From an uncultured bacterium (GTDB taxonomy: Bacteria > Bacillota_I > Bacilli_A > RFN20 > CAG-826), in contig CASFQR010000007.1 of NCBI GenBank assembly GCA_949297275.1, positions 2,627-66,626 of the forward strand: 64,000 nt of DNA, written 5' to 3'. The notes beneath the pieces are model-generated. The model made no database searches. It was not told the DNA's origin and was given only the letters and a program-made list of their open reading frames with translations. Positions 51,367-61,747 of this stretch are shown here, in pieces; position 1 is the stretch's first letter, and each line of letters begins with the position of its first letter. The position numbers were made by a program, and so were the translations under genes.

Positions 51367-52105
51367 CAATTGATGTAATCGCAAATTGTTCAGCAACTTG
51401 GATATGATAATTAGTGGGTTTAAGACCCACTTTTTTAAAGATTTTGTGATAGGCTTTTAACGCTAACTCAGGAGTATTAGCCTCTTGAGAAATATGCGCA
51501 AGAATAATATCGGTTGTTTTATCGCCGATGAGGGTAGATAAATACATTGCCGAATCCTCATTAGAAAGATGTCCTAAATCAGATAAAATACGCAGCTTCA
51601 CATCAGCCGGGCGAAGAGTTTGGTGAAGCATTTTTTGATTGTGATTAGCCTCAAAAACATAATAATTAGCGTTCTTTAGATATCTTAAAGTGCGAGAAGG
51701 CAACATACCGGTGTCAGTAATATAAACAAGTTTTTCCTTTGATGATTTAATTACAAAACCAACAGGATTAATTGCGTCGTGACTAAGAGAAACTGGGCGA
51801 ACTTCTAAACCGATAATATGATATTTTTGATAAGGTTGAATATAGGTAATATCGCTATTAGAAGAATAAGTACCTTCCGTACAAAATATTGGGGTATTGC
51901 GGAGATATTTAACTCCAGAAATATGATCTGAATGATTATGTGTGATTAACAAAGCATCAATATTATTTACTTCGACATTTAAAAAATCTAGACACTTTTT
52001 TAGATAAGAAAAAGAAACACCCATATCAATCAATAGATAATGACCATGGTGTTCTATTAAAGTTGAATTACCCTTTGAGCCACTAGCTAAACAATAGATA
52101 TTCAT
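51356..52105 (-). CDS. MBL-fold metallo-hydrolase (YycJ/WalJ-like)
   Basis: LASGSKGNS, THNHSDH, TDTG, EANHN, GHLSN, LAHISQEAN. Confidence 0.88.
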   Translation of the reverse strand: MNIYCLASGSKGNSTLIEHHGHYLLIDMGVSFSYLKKCLDFLNVEVNNIDALLITHNHSDHISGVKYLRNTPIFCTEGTYSSNSDITYIQPYQKYHIIGLEVRPVSLSHDAINPVGFVIKSSKEKLVYITDTGMLPSRTLRYLKNANYYVFEANHNQKMLHQTLRPADVKLRILSDLGHLSNEDSAMYLSTLIGDKTTDIILAHISQEANTPELALKAYHKIFKKVGLKPTNYHIQVAEQFAITSIVNQ

Positions 52106-52106
52106 T

Positions 52107-53561
52107 TTATTCTTCGGAAATACCTAATTTTCTTTGGTTTTCTAAATAAGAATCAATAAATTCTTTTGAAGGAGTATCAAATTTCATGTAGTCGCGTCGG
52201 AATAACAATTGAATTGAGCCGGTACGACCACTACGGTTTTTAGCGATTTTAACATTCATTAAAGAAGTTCCGCGTTCAAGATTTTGACTCTTAACTGTAT
52301 CCATCGCGCTTTGATTGAATTTATCTTTTTTATTAGATTTAGAGGCACTATCATAATAATCGTCTCGCGATAAGAACAAAACGATATCCGCATCTTGTTC
52401 TAAAGAACCCGATTCACGTAAATTAGATAATTCTGGCGTGCGGTTAGGATTTTTATCAACTTCACGGTTTACTTGGGCCACCCCAATAACTGTCACATTT
52501 AATTCCATTGCTAAACGTTTTAAGTTAATTGAAATATCTTGTATTTCTTCTTGACGAGATTTTGTATTTTTACTAGATTGGACTAAACCGACATGGTCAA
52601 CAATTACTAAAGATAAATCTGGATCGCGCGCTTTAAGTTGACGGCACTTAGCTAAAATATCTAAAACTTTAATACCTTGTTCTTCGTGAAAATAGAATTT
52701 TGTCTTATCGATTTTTTGACAAGCCTCATCAATTGATACACGGTCACGCGCATTAATAAAGCCAGTAATTAAAGAATCGTGCGGTACATTACTTTCAGCG
52801 CTTAATAAACGCTTCATGACTTCTGTTGATTTCATTTCTAAAGAAAAAAGGGCTACCGCAGCGTTGCCTTTAGTCGCTACATTGTAGGCTAAATTAAGGA
52901 CAAAAGCGGTTTTACCTACCCCGGTTCGCGCGGCAATCACAACATAAGTTCCTTTTTGAAAACCGTGAATATATTTATTTAATTCAGGAAAACCAGTAGT
53001 AACCCCAATTAACGAACTCGAGCCTTCGACGGCGTTCTTTTTTAAGATATCTAATTCTTTCTTAACTTTTTGAGTAACTTCACTAGCGGGCCTAAATTCA
53101 GAAACTCTTCTTTTACGAGTAATATCAGTAATTTTGGCTTCACTATTCATGACAAAATCATTGATATCTTCAATCTTTTTAGAATTGTAATCGTTAATAA
53201 TGCCATCCATAGCAAATAATAAACTGCGTAAAGAAGAAGTGTTTTTTAAGATTGTGACATAATCTTCAAAACGCGTGTAGGTGACGGCTTTATCACTTAA
53301 TTCGAGTAAATAATCTGTCCCACCAATATCTTCTAATTGTTTATTGTTAATAAGTTCGGTCGTAATCGTTGTAACATCTATAGGAATTCTTTTATCAAAC
53401 AATTCCATGATAGTATTAAAAACAATTTTGTTTTTCTTATCATAAAAATCATTCGTGTCAATTTCCCCTAAACTTTCACTAAACATTGTTGAGGAAACAA
53501 TGATTGCACCTAAAATCGCTTGCTCAACTTCTTTATTAAAGGGAGGTTGTTTAATTGCCAT
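52107..53561 (-). CDS. dnaB: Replicative DNA helicase
   Basis: AARTGVGKT, FSLEM, LRESGSLEQDAD, IAKNRSG. Confidence 0.96.
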   Translation of the reverse strand: MAIKQPPFNKEVEQAILGAIIVSSTMFSESLGEIDTNDFYDKKNKIVFNTIMELFDKRIPIDVTTITTELINNKQLEDIGGTDYLLELSDKAVTYTRFEDYVTILKNTSSLRSLLFAMDGIINDYNSKKIEDINDFVMNSEAKITDITRKRRVSEFRPASEVTQKVKKELDILKKNAVEGSSSLIGVTTGFPELNKYIHGFQKGTYVVIAARTGVGKTAFVLNLAYNVATKGNAAVALFSLEMKSTEVMKRLLSAESNVPHDSLITGFINARDRVSIDEACQKIDKTKFYFHEEQGIKVLDILAKCRQLKARDPDLSLVIVDHVGLVQSSKNTKSRQEEIQDISINLKRLAMELNVTVIGVAQVNREVDKNPNRTPELSNLRESGSLEQDADIVLFLSRDDYYDSASKSNKKDKFNQSAMDTVKSQNLERGTSLMNVKIAKNRSGRTGSIQLLFRRDYMKFDTPSKEFIDSYLENQRKLGISEE

Positions 53562-53563
53562 AA

Positions 53564-54013
53564 TTATTTCTTTTCCTTCACATGCACATTAATGGTGCCA
53601 ACGACCCCTTTAAATAATTCAATAGGTAGGCGGGTATAACCAATATGATCAACTGGGATGCGATCAATAATTTTTCTTTTATCAATTTGAATATTATGTT
53701 CAGCTTTTAATTTTTCTTCAATTTGTTTATAAGAAATAGTCCCAAACATTTGACCATCGCGTCCAACATTTGCCTCAAATTCCACTGTAACCTTTTCTAA
53801 TTGTTTTTGGATTAATTTTGCCTCTTCTTCGGCTTTTAAACGCGCGTTTAAGGCATCTTCATTTTGTTTATTTAAAACATCGAGGGAGCGTTCTGTCACC
53901 TTTACGGCTATCCCACGAGGAATTAATAAATTTTCGGCATAACCATCTTTGACGACTTTAATTTCGCCTCTTTTACCTAATCCCTTCATATCTTTTAATA
54001 ATAAAATTTTCAT
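53564..54013 (-). CDS. rplI: 50S ribosomal protein L9
   Basis: MKILLLKD..GLGKRG..VKDGYAENLLIPRG, between gdpP and dnaB. Confidence 0.96.
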   Translation of the reverse strand: MKILLLKDMKGLGKRGEIKVVKDGYAENLLIPRGIAVKVTERSLDVLNKQNEDALNARLKAEEEAKLIQKQLEKVTVEFEANVGRDGQMFGTISYKQIEEKLKAEHNIQIDKRKIIDRIPVDHIGYTRLPIELFKGVVGTINVHVKEKK

Positions 54014-54034
54014 CTTATCACCTTCTATCTAATT

Positions 54035-56056
54035 TTAATTTGTTACTTTTCTAGCATCATTTAAATATTCACTTAAAACATCTAATAAACGCGTTTCTGC
54101 TCGGTCGATGGAATAATTAGTAAAGATGACGGCTGAGGAAGTAAAGTGACCGCCCCCACCATCGCCTTTCATTTTTTCCGCTAAAAGTTGCACATTAATT
54201 GTTCCGTCACTGCGGCAAGAAATTTTCGTTTTCTTTTCACCAATATTACCTATCACAAAGCAAGCATTTACACCCTTCATTTGTAAGCATTGATTAGCTA
54301 CTTTAGCAATCGTTGCTTGTTCAATTAAATCATCTTCATCGGCCTTACAATAGACAATGCCATAATAAGGAGTTTTCATCGTCGAAATAATATGAGTAAT
54401 TAAGGAATATTCTTCAAATTCATCTTTTAAATAATCGTCCGCGGTCGAATTGTCCGCTCCATATTCTTTTAAAATCATTGAGGCTTCAAAAGTGCGAATC
54501 CCACAAGATTTCGATTTAAAGAAATTCGTATCTAAAAAGATCCCTGAGAGCATAATTGTCGCGTAAGAAGATGGAATCATCACGCGAGGATTAGCCCCAG
54601 AATATCGCACTAGTTCAGCAATTAATTCACAACTACTAGAAGCACTTGGTTCAATATAAGAGAAGATAGGGTTTTCAATAAATTCTTCAGCGCGACGATG
54701 ATGATCGATTACAAGCACTTTGCTAGCTTTTTCTAATAATTTAGGGGCTAAAGTCATGCTAGGACGATGAACATCAACAACAACTAATAAAGTATTAGCT
54801 TTTAATTTTTCTAAAGCTTCGCTCGGAGTAACAGTCAATTTATTTAATTCATCGCGGGTAAATGCGCTTGTCATTGCTCCGCGGGTTTTTCTTTCGGTTA
54901 ATTTCGGCTCATAAACGACCCAGCAATCTTTTTCAAAATGTTTGGAAATAGCAGCGATGCCTAAGCACGCTCCAATGGCATCCATGTCGGTTTCAGTATG
55001 ACCCATTACAATGACATTTTTAGCGTTTTTAATTAAGGAAAAAATAGAATCGGCTAAGACACGCACCTTAACTTTATTTCGCGCTTCAACCGCTTCTGTT
55101 TTTCCGCCATAGAACACTAATTCTTCGCCGTATTTACTAACAACAACTTGGTCACCACCTCGACTCATCGCGATGTCGATAGCGGATGTTGCCATTTCAT
55201 TTAATTTATTCGCATCAGGAAATTCATGAGCAAAGCCAATCGATAAAGTGGGAGGAGTTTCTTCTTTTTCACCGATTTTATGAACTTTCTCTAATAGAGA
55301 AAATTTATCTTCTTGCATACTTTCTAATGCTTGATAATCGCAGATCGCAAAATAGGCGTCATTGCGATATCTTCTTAATAAAACATGATATTCTTTTGCA
55401 TATTCAAAGATAGCGTTTCTAACTTTTGAAACGACATCATTAAAGTCATCAGCGACCCCACTAATATCGCTATAATTATCAATCATGATAATGCCAATGA
55501 CTAAGGCATGATCTTTTGAATATTTATCAAGGGAATAAAATTCAGTAATGTCTTTAAAAATATATAATCCGGCTTCAGCAATAAATTTAACTTCATAATT
55601 TCGCGAATTAACTTCAACACGCACAACACTTTCGCCAGTCGCATCTCTTAAAGCTGGTTGCCATTCTAAAATATTATTGTCAATAATATCAATTTGACGA
55701 TCTTTAAATAATTCACTCGTCCATAAAACTAAGCCACTTTCATTAGTCACCACAAGACCAATCATCCCGAAGTTATAAGCTTCTTGAATATCAGCCCCAA
55801 TTAAATCAGCAGCCGTCAAATCGTTTAACCGACGAATTTTATTAAATTTAATAATTGCCACCATCAAAACTAATAAATTAAAGATGATGATGACTGCCAA
55901 AATAGTAAAAACATAAATTAGTAAATTAGGAATGTCTCTAAGATTAAAAAAGTTATAAAAATACGCGACGAGGAATAAAGCTAAGATAGCTATTTCAATA
56001 ATGGCGATGATAAATGTAAGTAAGCGTAAGGAACGTAATTCTTTATTCATGGACAT
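54035..56056 (-). CDS. gdpP: c-di-AMP phosphodiesterase GdpP (TM-PAS-degenerate GGDEF-DHH/DHHA1)
   Basis: SRGGDQVV, MGH..DMDAIG, IDHHRR, GGGGH. Confidence 0.92.
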   Translation of the reverse strand: MSMNKELRSLRLLTFIIAIIEIAILALFLVAYFYNFFNLRDIPNLLIYVFTILAVIIIFNLLVLMVAIIKFNKIRRLNDLTAADLIGADIQEAYNFGMIGLVVTNESGLVLWTSELFKDRQIDIIDNNILEWQPALRDATGESVVRVEVNSRNYEVKFIAEAGLYIFKDITEFYSLDKYSKDHALVIGIIMIDNYSDISGVADDFNDVVSKVRNAIFEYAKEYHVLLRRYRNDAYFAICDYQALESMQEDKFSLLEKVHKIGEKEETPPTLSIGFAHEFPDANKLNEMATSAIDIAMSRGGDQVVVSKYGEELVFYGGKTEAVEARNKVKVRVLADSIFSLIKNAKNVIVMGHTETDMDAIGACLGIAAISKHFEKDCWVVYEPKLTERKTRGAMTSAFTRDELNKLTVTPSEALEKLKANTLLVVVDVHRPSMTLAPKLLEKASKVLVIDHHRRAEEFIENPIFSYIEPSASSSCELIAELVRYSGANPRVMIPSSYATIMLSGIFLDTNFFKSKSCGIRTFEASMILKEYGADNSTADDYLKDEFEEYSLITHIISTMKTPYYGIVYCKADEDDLIEQATIAKVANQCLQMKGVNACFVIGNIGEKKTKISCRSDGTINVQLLAEKMKGDGGGGHFTSSAVIFTNYSIDRAETRLLDVLSEYLNDARKVTN

Positions 56057-56139
56057 TTAAAATTATATCAATGAAAGGTAAAAATATAAAGAGATAAATA
56101 AAATCTATTGATTTCATTTATTGATTTCACTTAATAAGA

Positions 56140-56169
56140 AAAAATCCCCGCAATTCACGAGGATTTTTC
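56140..56169 (-). terminator. Terminator after rpsR
   Basis: AAAAATCCCCG-caattca-CGAGGATTTTT. Confidence 0.6.
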
Positions 56170-56189
56170 ATTTAAATAAATTTGTTTAA

Positions 56190-56417
56190 TTAATCTTGAA
56201 CGTAAGGTAATAAAGCCATATAACGAGCGTTTTTAATGGCTTTCGCTAATTGACGTTGATATTTTGCGCATGTTCCTGTTGTGTGACGAGGAGCAATCTT
56301 ACCATTCGGGGTAATAAAGCGTTTTAATAAATCAACATCTTTATAATCAATGTGAGTGATTTTATTTTTAGTAAAATAGCAAGCCTTACGATGTGGGCGA
56401 ACTTTTTTAAATTTCAT
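56190..56417 (-). CDS. rpsR: 30S ribosomal protein S18
   Basis: [40 protein letters not shown]. Confidence 0.98.
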   Translation of the reverse strand: MKFKKVRPHRKACYFTKNKITHIDYKDVDLLKRFITPNGKIAPRHTTGTCAKYQRQLAKAIKNARYMALLPYVQD

Positions 56418-56428
56418 AATTATCCTTT

Positions 56429-56866
56429 CTAAAATGGTAAGTCATCTTCAGCGACATCGATCGATTCTAAATTTTGCGAATCTTCTTTCGCGACATCTTC
56501 ATCCGAGACATAACCACCATCATCAATACCCGCGCGATCTCCTTTTGGCTCGAGGAAAGTAACATTATCCGCTACTACTTCAAAAGCAGTACCTCTAGAA
56601 CCATCGCGTCTTTCAAAGTTGCGTTGACGCACACTACCATCAACCCCTACAAGTGAACCTTTACGGCAATATTTTGCAACATTTTCCGCTTGACGATTAA
56701 AGATGACACAATTAATAAATGATGTCGTGCGGTTACCATCTTGGCCTTTAGTTCGATCGTCAACTGCCAAAGTAAACGATGTAACAGCCACATCACTATT
56801 TGTTCTTCTTAATTCTGGGTCTCTAGTAAGACGACCAACTAATACAATACGGTTTAACAATTTCAT
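56429..56866 (-). CDS. ssb: Single-stranded DNA-binding protein
   Basis: [16 protein letters not shown] and C-terminal DDLPF. Confidence 0.98.
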   Translation of the reverse strand: MKLLNRIVLVGRLTRDPELRRTNSDVAVTSFTLAVDDRTKGQDGNRTTSFINCVIFNRQAENVAKYCRKGSLVGVDGSVRQRNFERRDGSRGTAFEVVADNVTFLEPKGDRAGIDDGGYVSDEDVAKEDSQNLESIDVAEDDLPF

Positions 56867-56879
56867 TGTCCTCCAATTT

Positions 56880-57161
56880 TTAGATAACCGTAACTAAATG
56901 ACGGATGACATTGCGATCGATTTTCGCTAAACGAGCAAATTCGTTTAATGCTTCCACTTCTGCGTTTATTTCAATGACAACATAAAAACCTTTTTTCATG
57001 CCATTAATTTCATACGCAAAATCTCTTAAGCCCCATTCTTTTACTTCGAGGACTTTCGCACCTTTACCTTGAAGAATGCCGTGTAATTTTTCAATCTCAG
57101 CTTTGCGATCTTCTTCTGATAAATCGCTCTTCAAGATATACATAATCTCGTATTTCTTCAT
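56880..57161 (-). CDS. rpsF: 30S ribosomal protein S6
   Basis: MKKYEIMYIL, WGLRDFAYEI, VIRHL. Confidence 0.98.
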   Translation of the reverse strand: MKKYEIMYILKSDLSEEDRKAEIEKLHGILQGKGAKVLEVKEWGLRDFAYEINGMKKGFYVVIEINAEVEALNEFARLAKIDRNVIRHLVTVI

Positions 57162-57164
57162 TTT

Positions 57165-57220
57165 TACACCTCCCTTTGGACATCTGGCTAACTATTATTT
57201 AGTTAGCAGAGAGTTAATTT
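57165..57220 (-). promoter_or_regulatory. S6:S18 autoregulatory leader RNA
   Basis: Reverse complement: CTCTCT-GCTAACTA-aataa-TAGTTAGC-CAGATGTCCAA-AGGGAGGTG. The outer stem can pair with the SD; a CCR follows the inner stem. Confidence 0.7.
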
Positions 57221-57331
57221 GCTTTAAGCGTGTTAATTATAAACTGAAGAAAATATAAGTAAAGAATTATTTTTTGTTCACCCATCAATTTAATTTAGGT
57301 TATCACCTCCTTTCATCACCTTTTTAATAGT

Positions 57332-57354
57332 AAAAAAGCGACCACTTGGGTCGC
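57332..57354 (-). terminator. Terminator after lysS
   Basis: GCGACC-caagt-GGTCGC-TTTTTT on the - strand. Confidence 0.75.
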
Positions 57355-57382
57355 CTCAATAAATAAAAATAGGAATAACGAA

Positions 57383-58870
57383 TTATTTTTCGTCTTTCAT
57401 GCAAGGGAAGAGTAAAACTTCGCGAATTGATTGTTGATTAGTCATTAACATTACCAAACGATCAATCCCAATGCCGATGCCGCCTGTAGGTGGCATGCCA
57501 TATTCTAAGGCATTTAAGAAATCAGTATCTAAATCGTTTGCCTCCTCATCCCCGCGATTCTTTGCTTCTAGTTGTTTAATAAACCTATCTCTTTGATCAA
57601 GCGGATCATTTAATTCGCTATAAGCATTTGCATATTCAGTCGCGTTAATATAAAACTCAAATCGCTCGGTAAAGCGTGGATCTTTAGGTGACTTTTTCGC
57701 TAATGGTGTCACTTCAAGAGGATAGGTATGAACAAAAGTAGGTTGAATTAATTTTGCTTCACATTTTTCTTCAAAGAAAGCGTTAATAATATAACCAACC
57801 GAATTCCAATGTTTTTCTAAAGGAACATCGTTTTCTTTAGCAAGTCTAACCGCTTCTTCAAAAGAAATATCTTGTGAAAAATCGATTCCGGTTTCTTCCT
57901 TAATTAACTCCACCATCGAAACCCAGCGAAATGGTTTTTCTAAATCAATGATTTTATCGCCATAAGGAACTTGCAATGAACCAACTACTTCTAAAGCAAT
58001 TTGACGGAAGATTCCTTCGCATAAAGTGGCCATATCTTTTAAATCGGCGTAAGCCTCATAAGCCTCTACAGTTGTAAATTCAGGATTGTGTTTGGTGTCC
58101 ATTCCTTCGTTTCTAAATAAGCGACCTATCTCGTAGACTTTTTCCATCCCACCTACAATTAATTTTTTTAGTGGTAATTCAGTTGCAATTCTTAAATAGA
58201 AATCTTTATCAAGGGTGTTATGATGGGTGATGAAGGGTCGAGCATTCGCTCCTCCAGCAATTGGATTTAGAACACTAGTTTCAACTTCCATAAAACCTTT
58301 ATTATCTAAAAATCGCTGCAAAACCCTAATTATTTTTGTTCTTTTAATTGCCACATCCATCGCAAAATCATTCATAATCAAATCGACATAACGATGACGA
58401 TATCTTTCTTCAACATCGGTTAAACCATGAAATTTTTCTGGTAAAGGTTTAAGGGCTTTTGTTAAATGGGTAAATTTAGTAACTTTTAAGGTTAGTTCAC
58501 CAGTTCGTGTACGCATCGCCTTTCCTTCTAGGCCAACAATATCACCAATATCTGATAATTTAAAAATTGAATAAGCTTCTTCACCTAAGACATCAATAGC
58601 AACATAGCCTTGCATTTTGCCAGTTAAGTCTTTGATAGTTAAAAAAGATGCTTTTCCCATCTTTCTTAAGGAAATAATTCGACCCGCAATAGTGGCAACA
58701 ATATTTTGTTCATTAAGTTCTTCATCAGTTAATTTATCGCATTTTTCATGCAATGATTTCGCGTTATCGCTACGAGTAAATTTTTTGCCAAAAGGATCAA
58801 CGCCTAACGCGCGGTATTTCGCTAATTTATCGCGGCGAGCAATTTCTTGATCAGTTAATTTAATTTCCAT
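57383..58870 (-). CDS. lysS: Lysyl-tRNA synthetase (class II)
   Basis: GGANARPF, YLRIATELPLK, FRNEG, HNPEFT, GMPPTGGIGIGIDRL. Confidence 0.98.
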   Translation of the reverse strand: MEIKLTDQEIARRDKLAKYRALGVDPFGKKFTRSDNAKSLHEKCDKLTDEELNEQNIVATIAGRIISLRKMGKASFLTIKDLTGKMQGYVAIDVLGEEAYSIFKLSDIGDIVGLEGKAMRTRTGELTLKVTKFTHLTKALKPLPEKFHGLTDVEERYRHRYVDLIMNDFAMDVAIKRTKIIRVLQRFLDNKGFMEVETSVLNPIAGGANARPFITHHNTLDKDFYLRIATELPLKKLIVGGMEKVYEIGRLFRNEGMDTKHNPEFTTVEAYEAYADLKDMATLCEGIFRQIALEVVGSLQVPYGDKIIDLEKPFRWVSMVELIKEETGIDFSQDISFEEAVRLAKENDVPLEKHWNSVGYIINAFFEEKCEAKLIQPTFVHTYPLEVTPLAKKSPKDPRFTERFEFYINATEYANAYSELNDPLDQRDRFIKQLEAKNRGDEEANDLDTDFLNALEYGMPPTGGIGIGIDRLVMLMTNQQSIREVLLFPCMKDEK

Positions 58871-58980
58871 AATGCACCTCTACTAATCGCCTTATTATAG
58901 CATTATTGTCATATTGATTAAGAAAATTTATTTTCTTTTACATATAGAAAATTTCTTGATTATGTCATAACATTTATTAT

Positions 58981-59697
58981 ATGTATTGTAAAAAATGTGG
59001 TTTTATTACACGCGGACATGAAAAATCTTGTCCATATTGTGGCGAAATTTATGAACCAAAAGGCAAATATGATAAGCCAATAACTTTTCTCAATTGGTTT
59101 GAAATTAGCCCGCGGGTTTTAGTGGAACTAATTCTTACTAATATTTATATTATCTTAGTTATTGCTGACATCATCTTAATTTATGGCTTAGATAATTCTA
59201 TAAATGTCCATTTATCATTTTATGGTTTTATTGCCATTTATGGCTTGATATTTATCTTTCATGATTTTTTGTTTCCTAAAGATCGTCGGCGAAATTTTTA
59301 TTTTTTAAAAACTTATTCTTTTGTTGTTTTAGCCGGAATAATTATGATGTTATCATTCCCGAGTTGGAATAATGATTTATTACCACTAATTAATATCTCA
59401 TCATTTAATTTCTGCTTTGGCTATTTATACCCAAGTTTAATTATCTTTTTAGTCTTAACTGGTACCTGCCACTTTTTTATTCATAAATTTTTCAATATTT
59501 TTTCAACCGTATTCTATATTTTGATATTAATCTTTTCAGGATTAACTTTATTTATTATGACGTTCTTCCCTAGTCTAGGATTTAACACCATTAATCGAAT
59601 TTTAATTTATATCTCATTTGGTACGGCTATCTTTACAATGATTAATTTAGCAATTGTCTTTTCTTTAAAACTCCGCACAAGAGGAGTGAGTGAATGA
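58981..59697 (+). CDS. Zn-ribbon + multi-TM membrane protein
   Basis: MYCKKCG...CPYCG N-terminus followed by about 6 TM helices. Confidence 0.75.
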   Translation: MYCKKCGFITRGHEKSCPYCGEIYEPKGKYDKPITFLNWFEISPRVLVELILTNIYIILVIADIILIYGLDNSINVHLSFYGFIAIYGLIFIFHDFLFPKDRRRNFYFLKTYSFVVLAGIIMMLSFPSWNNDLLPLINISSFNFCFGYLYPSLIIFLVLTGTCHFFIHKFFNIFSTVFYILILIFSGLTLFIMTFFPSLGFNTINRILIYISFGTAIFTMINLAIVFSLKLRTRGVSE

Positions 59698-60542
59698 AAA
59701 TCGGATTATGCATTTCCGGTGGTTTTGCGCGTGGGGCGGCCCAAGCTGGCTTTCTTAAAGCCTTTTTTGAAGAAGTTAAACGAGAAGATATCGCTTTAAT
59801 ATCAGCGTGTTCAATCGGGGCAATTAACGCAATCAGCGTTGCAAATAATTCATTAGATTATTTAGATTTTTTATGGCGAACGATTGATGTTTTTGATTTT
59901 AAAAATCTCAAAATTAATTTAGGTAATAAAGTTGTCGATCGTTTATTGGAAGATATCTCTAATCCTAGTCGCAAAATTGAAATACCAATATATGTTACTG
60001 GTACCTGTTTAAACACTTTATCAACTCATTATTTTTATTTAAATGATAAGACTCCTCGCGAGGATGTTATAAAAGCATTAAATATCACTTTAACCTTCCC
60101 TTTTGTAAATGGTCTATTCCGCCGCGAATACCACCGCTTCTATCTTGATGGTGGATCAACTGATAATATTCCTGTTTATCCTTTTTATTATTACGATTTA
60201 GATATGATTATTGTTTTACATTGCCACCCAAATTATCTTCCGCCTCGCAAGATGATTTTAGGAAAAACACCAATTATTGATATCGATGTCACGGCTTTAT
60301 GTAAAAATACAATTTCTACTTATTCGTTTTCTAATAAAAATTTAAATCGCCTCTATGAATTAGGATATCAATATGGTTTAAAATTTAAACAAGAAGTGCT
60401 AGTAGGTTTAACGAAAGAAAATGCGAAAACAAGATTCCAAAAATTTCTCCGCGAGAATGCAGATTTAAGAAAGCAAAATAAAATTAATTTAGGCGCGGCT
60501 ATCTTCTTTAATAAACTAATGAATTCAAGGTATCTAAAATGA
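59694..60542 (+). CDS. Patatin-like phospholipase A
   Basis: SGGFARG, ACSIGA (variant GxSxG), YLDGG. Confidence 0.82.
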   Translation: MKIGLCISGGFARGAAQAGFLKAFFEEVKREDIALISACSIGAINAISVANNSLDYLDFLWRTIDVFDFKNLKINLGNKVVDRLLEDISNPSRKIEIPIYVTGTCLNTLSTHYFYLNDKTPREDVIKALNITLTFPFVNGLFRREYHRFYLDGGSTDNIPVYPFYYYDLDMIIVLHCHPNYLPPRKMILGKTPIIDIDVTALCKNTISTYSFSNKNLNRLYELGYQYGLKFKQEVLVGLTKENAKTRFQKFLRENADLRKQNKINLGAAIFFNKLMNSRYLK

Positions 60543-61747
60543 AAAAGAAAATTGGCTTAGTATTAGCAGGTGGTGGCGGGCTTGGTTCCTATGAATTAGG
60601 TGCCTTTTTAGCCCTGCATGAAGAGGGAATTAATTTTGATATTGTTACTGGCACTTCCATCGGAGCGCTTAATGGAGCGTTTATAGCCGCGAATAATATC
60701 CAAAAGATGGAAGATTTGTGGGATGAAATTACACCAGAAAAAATCATGGTAAACGGCATCAATTTTCGCACTGACTTAAGATATAATCTTCAAGATCCAA
60801 AAGCTTTAACTAAATTCATTAAAACCTTTCTCAAAAATAAATCGGTCGATATTGCCCCTTTTAAAAATTTAATTAAAAAACATCTAGATTTAGAAGCTTT
60901 AAAAAATAGTCAAACTAAATTAGGGATTGTCACAACAAATATTACCCGTAACGACGAAGTAAGAATTATTGTTAATGATTTAGATCAAGAAATGATTCTA
61001 CCTTATCTCCACGCCTCTAGTGCCTGCGTGCCCTATTTTCCTAGCGAAGAAATTAATGGTGAAAAATATGTCGATGGTTTCTTTAAAAATAATTTTCCTA
61101 TTCATTATGCTTTTTTGCTAGGGGCTGATGAAGTCTATGCCGTTGATTTAAAATTATTTAATCTTGAATCTAAGAATCAATTTTTAACTAAACTACACAA
61201 TGTAAAATATATTGCCCCAAGAGTATCTTTAGGATCGATGATTGATTTTTCGCAAGAAACGATTCAAAAGAATAAAAAACGAGGTTATAACGACACTAAA
61301 AAGTTATTGGGTCATCTTCGTGGCTATATTTTTACCTTTGAGAAAAATGAAAATTTTGAAAAATTCGCGAGTGAATTTGAAACCATAATTTTTAAAGAAA
61401 ATGGTGAAGGCGTTCAACGCTTAAGAAAATTCTTAAACGAACATAATAACGAAAATACTTGTCCATTAGGATATAAATATTCTTTATTTTTAACTTGTTT
61501 AGAATTTGTTGGACTTAAATACGAGATGCCTGATGAGACTATTTATGATGTTTTAGATTTTTATCAACAATTACACACGAAATATTTGCATTCGCGTCCT
61601 TCATTAAAACAATATATCACCCGCGCGAAAACTAATTTATTAGAAGAAATTAAAAGAGAAAATCCCAATTTATATCTTGAAGGAGCTTTAGATCATATCG
61701 ATAATATCTTTTTATATTTAGGAATCGCTATGATGCGAATTAATTAA
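60539..61747 (+). CDS. Patatin-like phospholipase B with helical C-terminal extension
   Basis: LAGGGGLG, GTSIGA, YVDGF. Confidence 0.85.
   Translation: MKKKIGLVLAGGGGLGSYELGAFLALHEEGINFDIVTGTSIGALNGAFIAANNIQKMEDLWDEITPEKIMVNGINFRTDLRYNLQDPKALTKFIKTFLKNKSVDIAPFKNLIKKHLDLEALKNSQTKLGIVTTNITRNDEVRIIVNDLDQEMILPYLHASSACVPYFPSEEINGEKYVDGFFKNNFPIHYAFLLGADEVYAVDLKLFNLESKNQFLTKLHNVKYIAPRVSLGSMIDFSQETIQKNKKRGYNDTKKLLGHLRGYIFTFEKNENFEKFASEFETIIFKENGEGVQRLRKFLNEHNNENTCPLGYKYSLFLTCLEFVGLKYEMPDETIYDVLDFYQQLHTKYLHSRPSLKQYITRAKTNLLEEIKRENPNLYLEGALDHIDNIFLYLGIAMMRIN

Noticed and set aside
51356..57161. rpsF-ssb-rpsR and gdpP-rplI-dnaB-MBL cluster, and the strong - strand bias
   Set aside because: Ordinary conserved Firmicutes gene order and leading-strand bias.
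57230..57325. Orphan strong SD (AAAGGAGGTGA, - strand) with a 17-aa ORF MGEQKNNSLLIFSSVYN
   Set aside because: The ATG is too far from the SD and the ORF overlaps the rpsF promoter region; unsupported.
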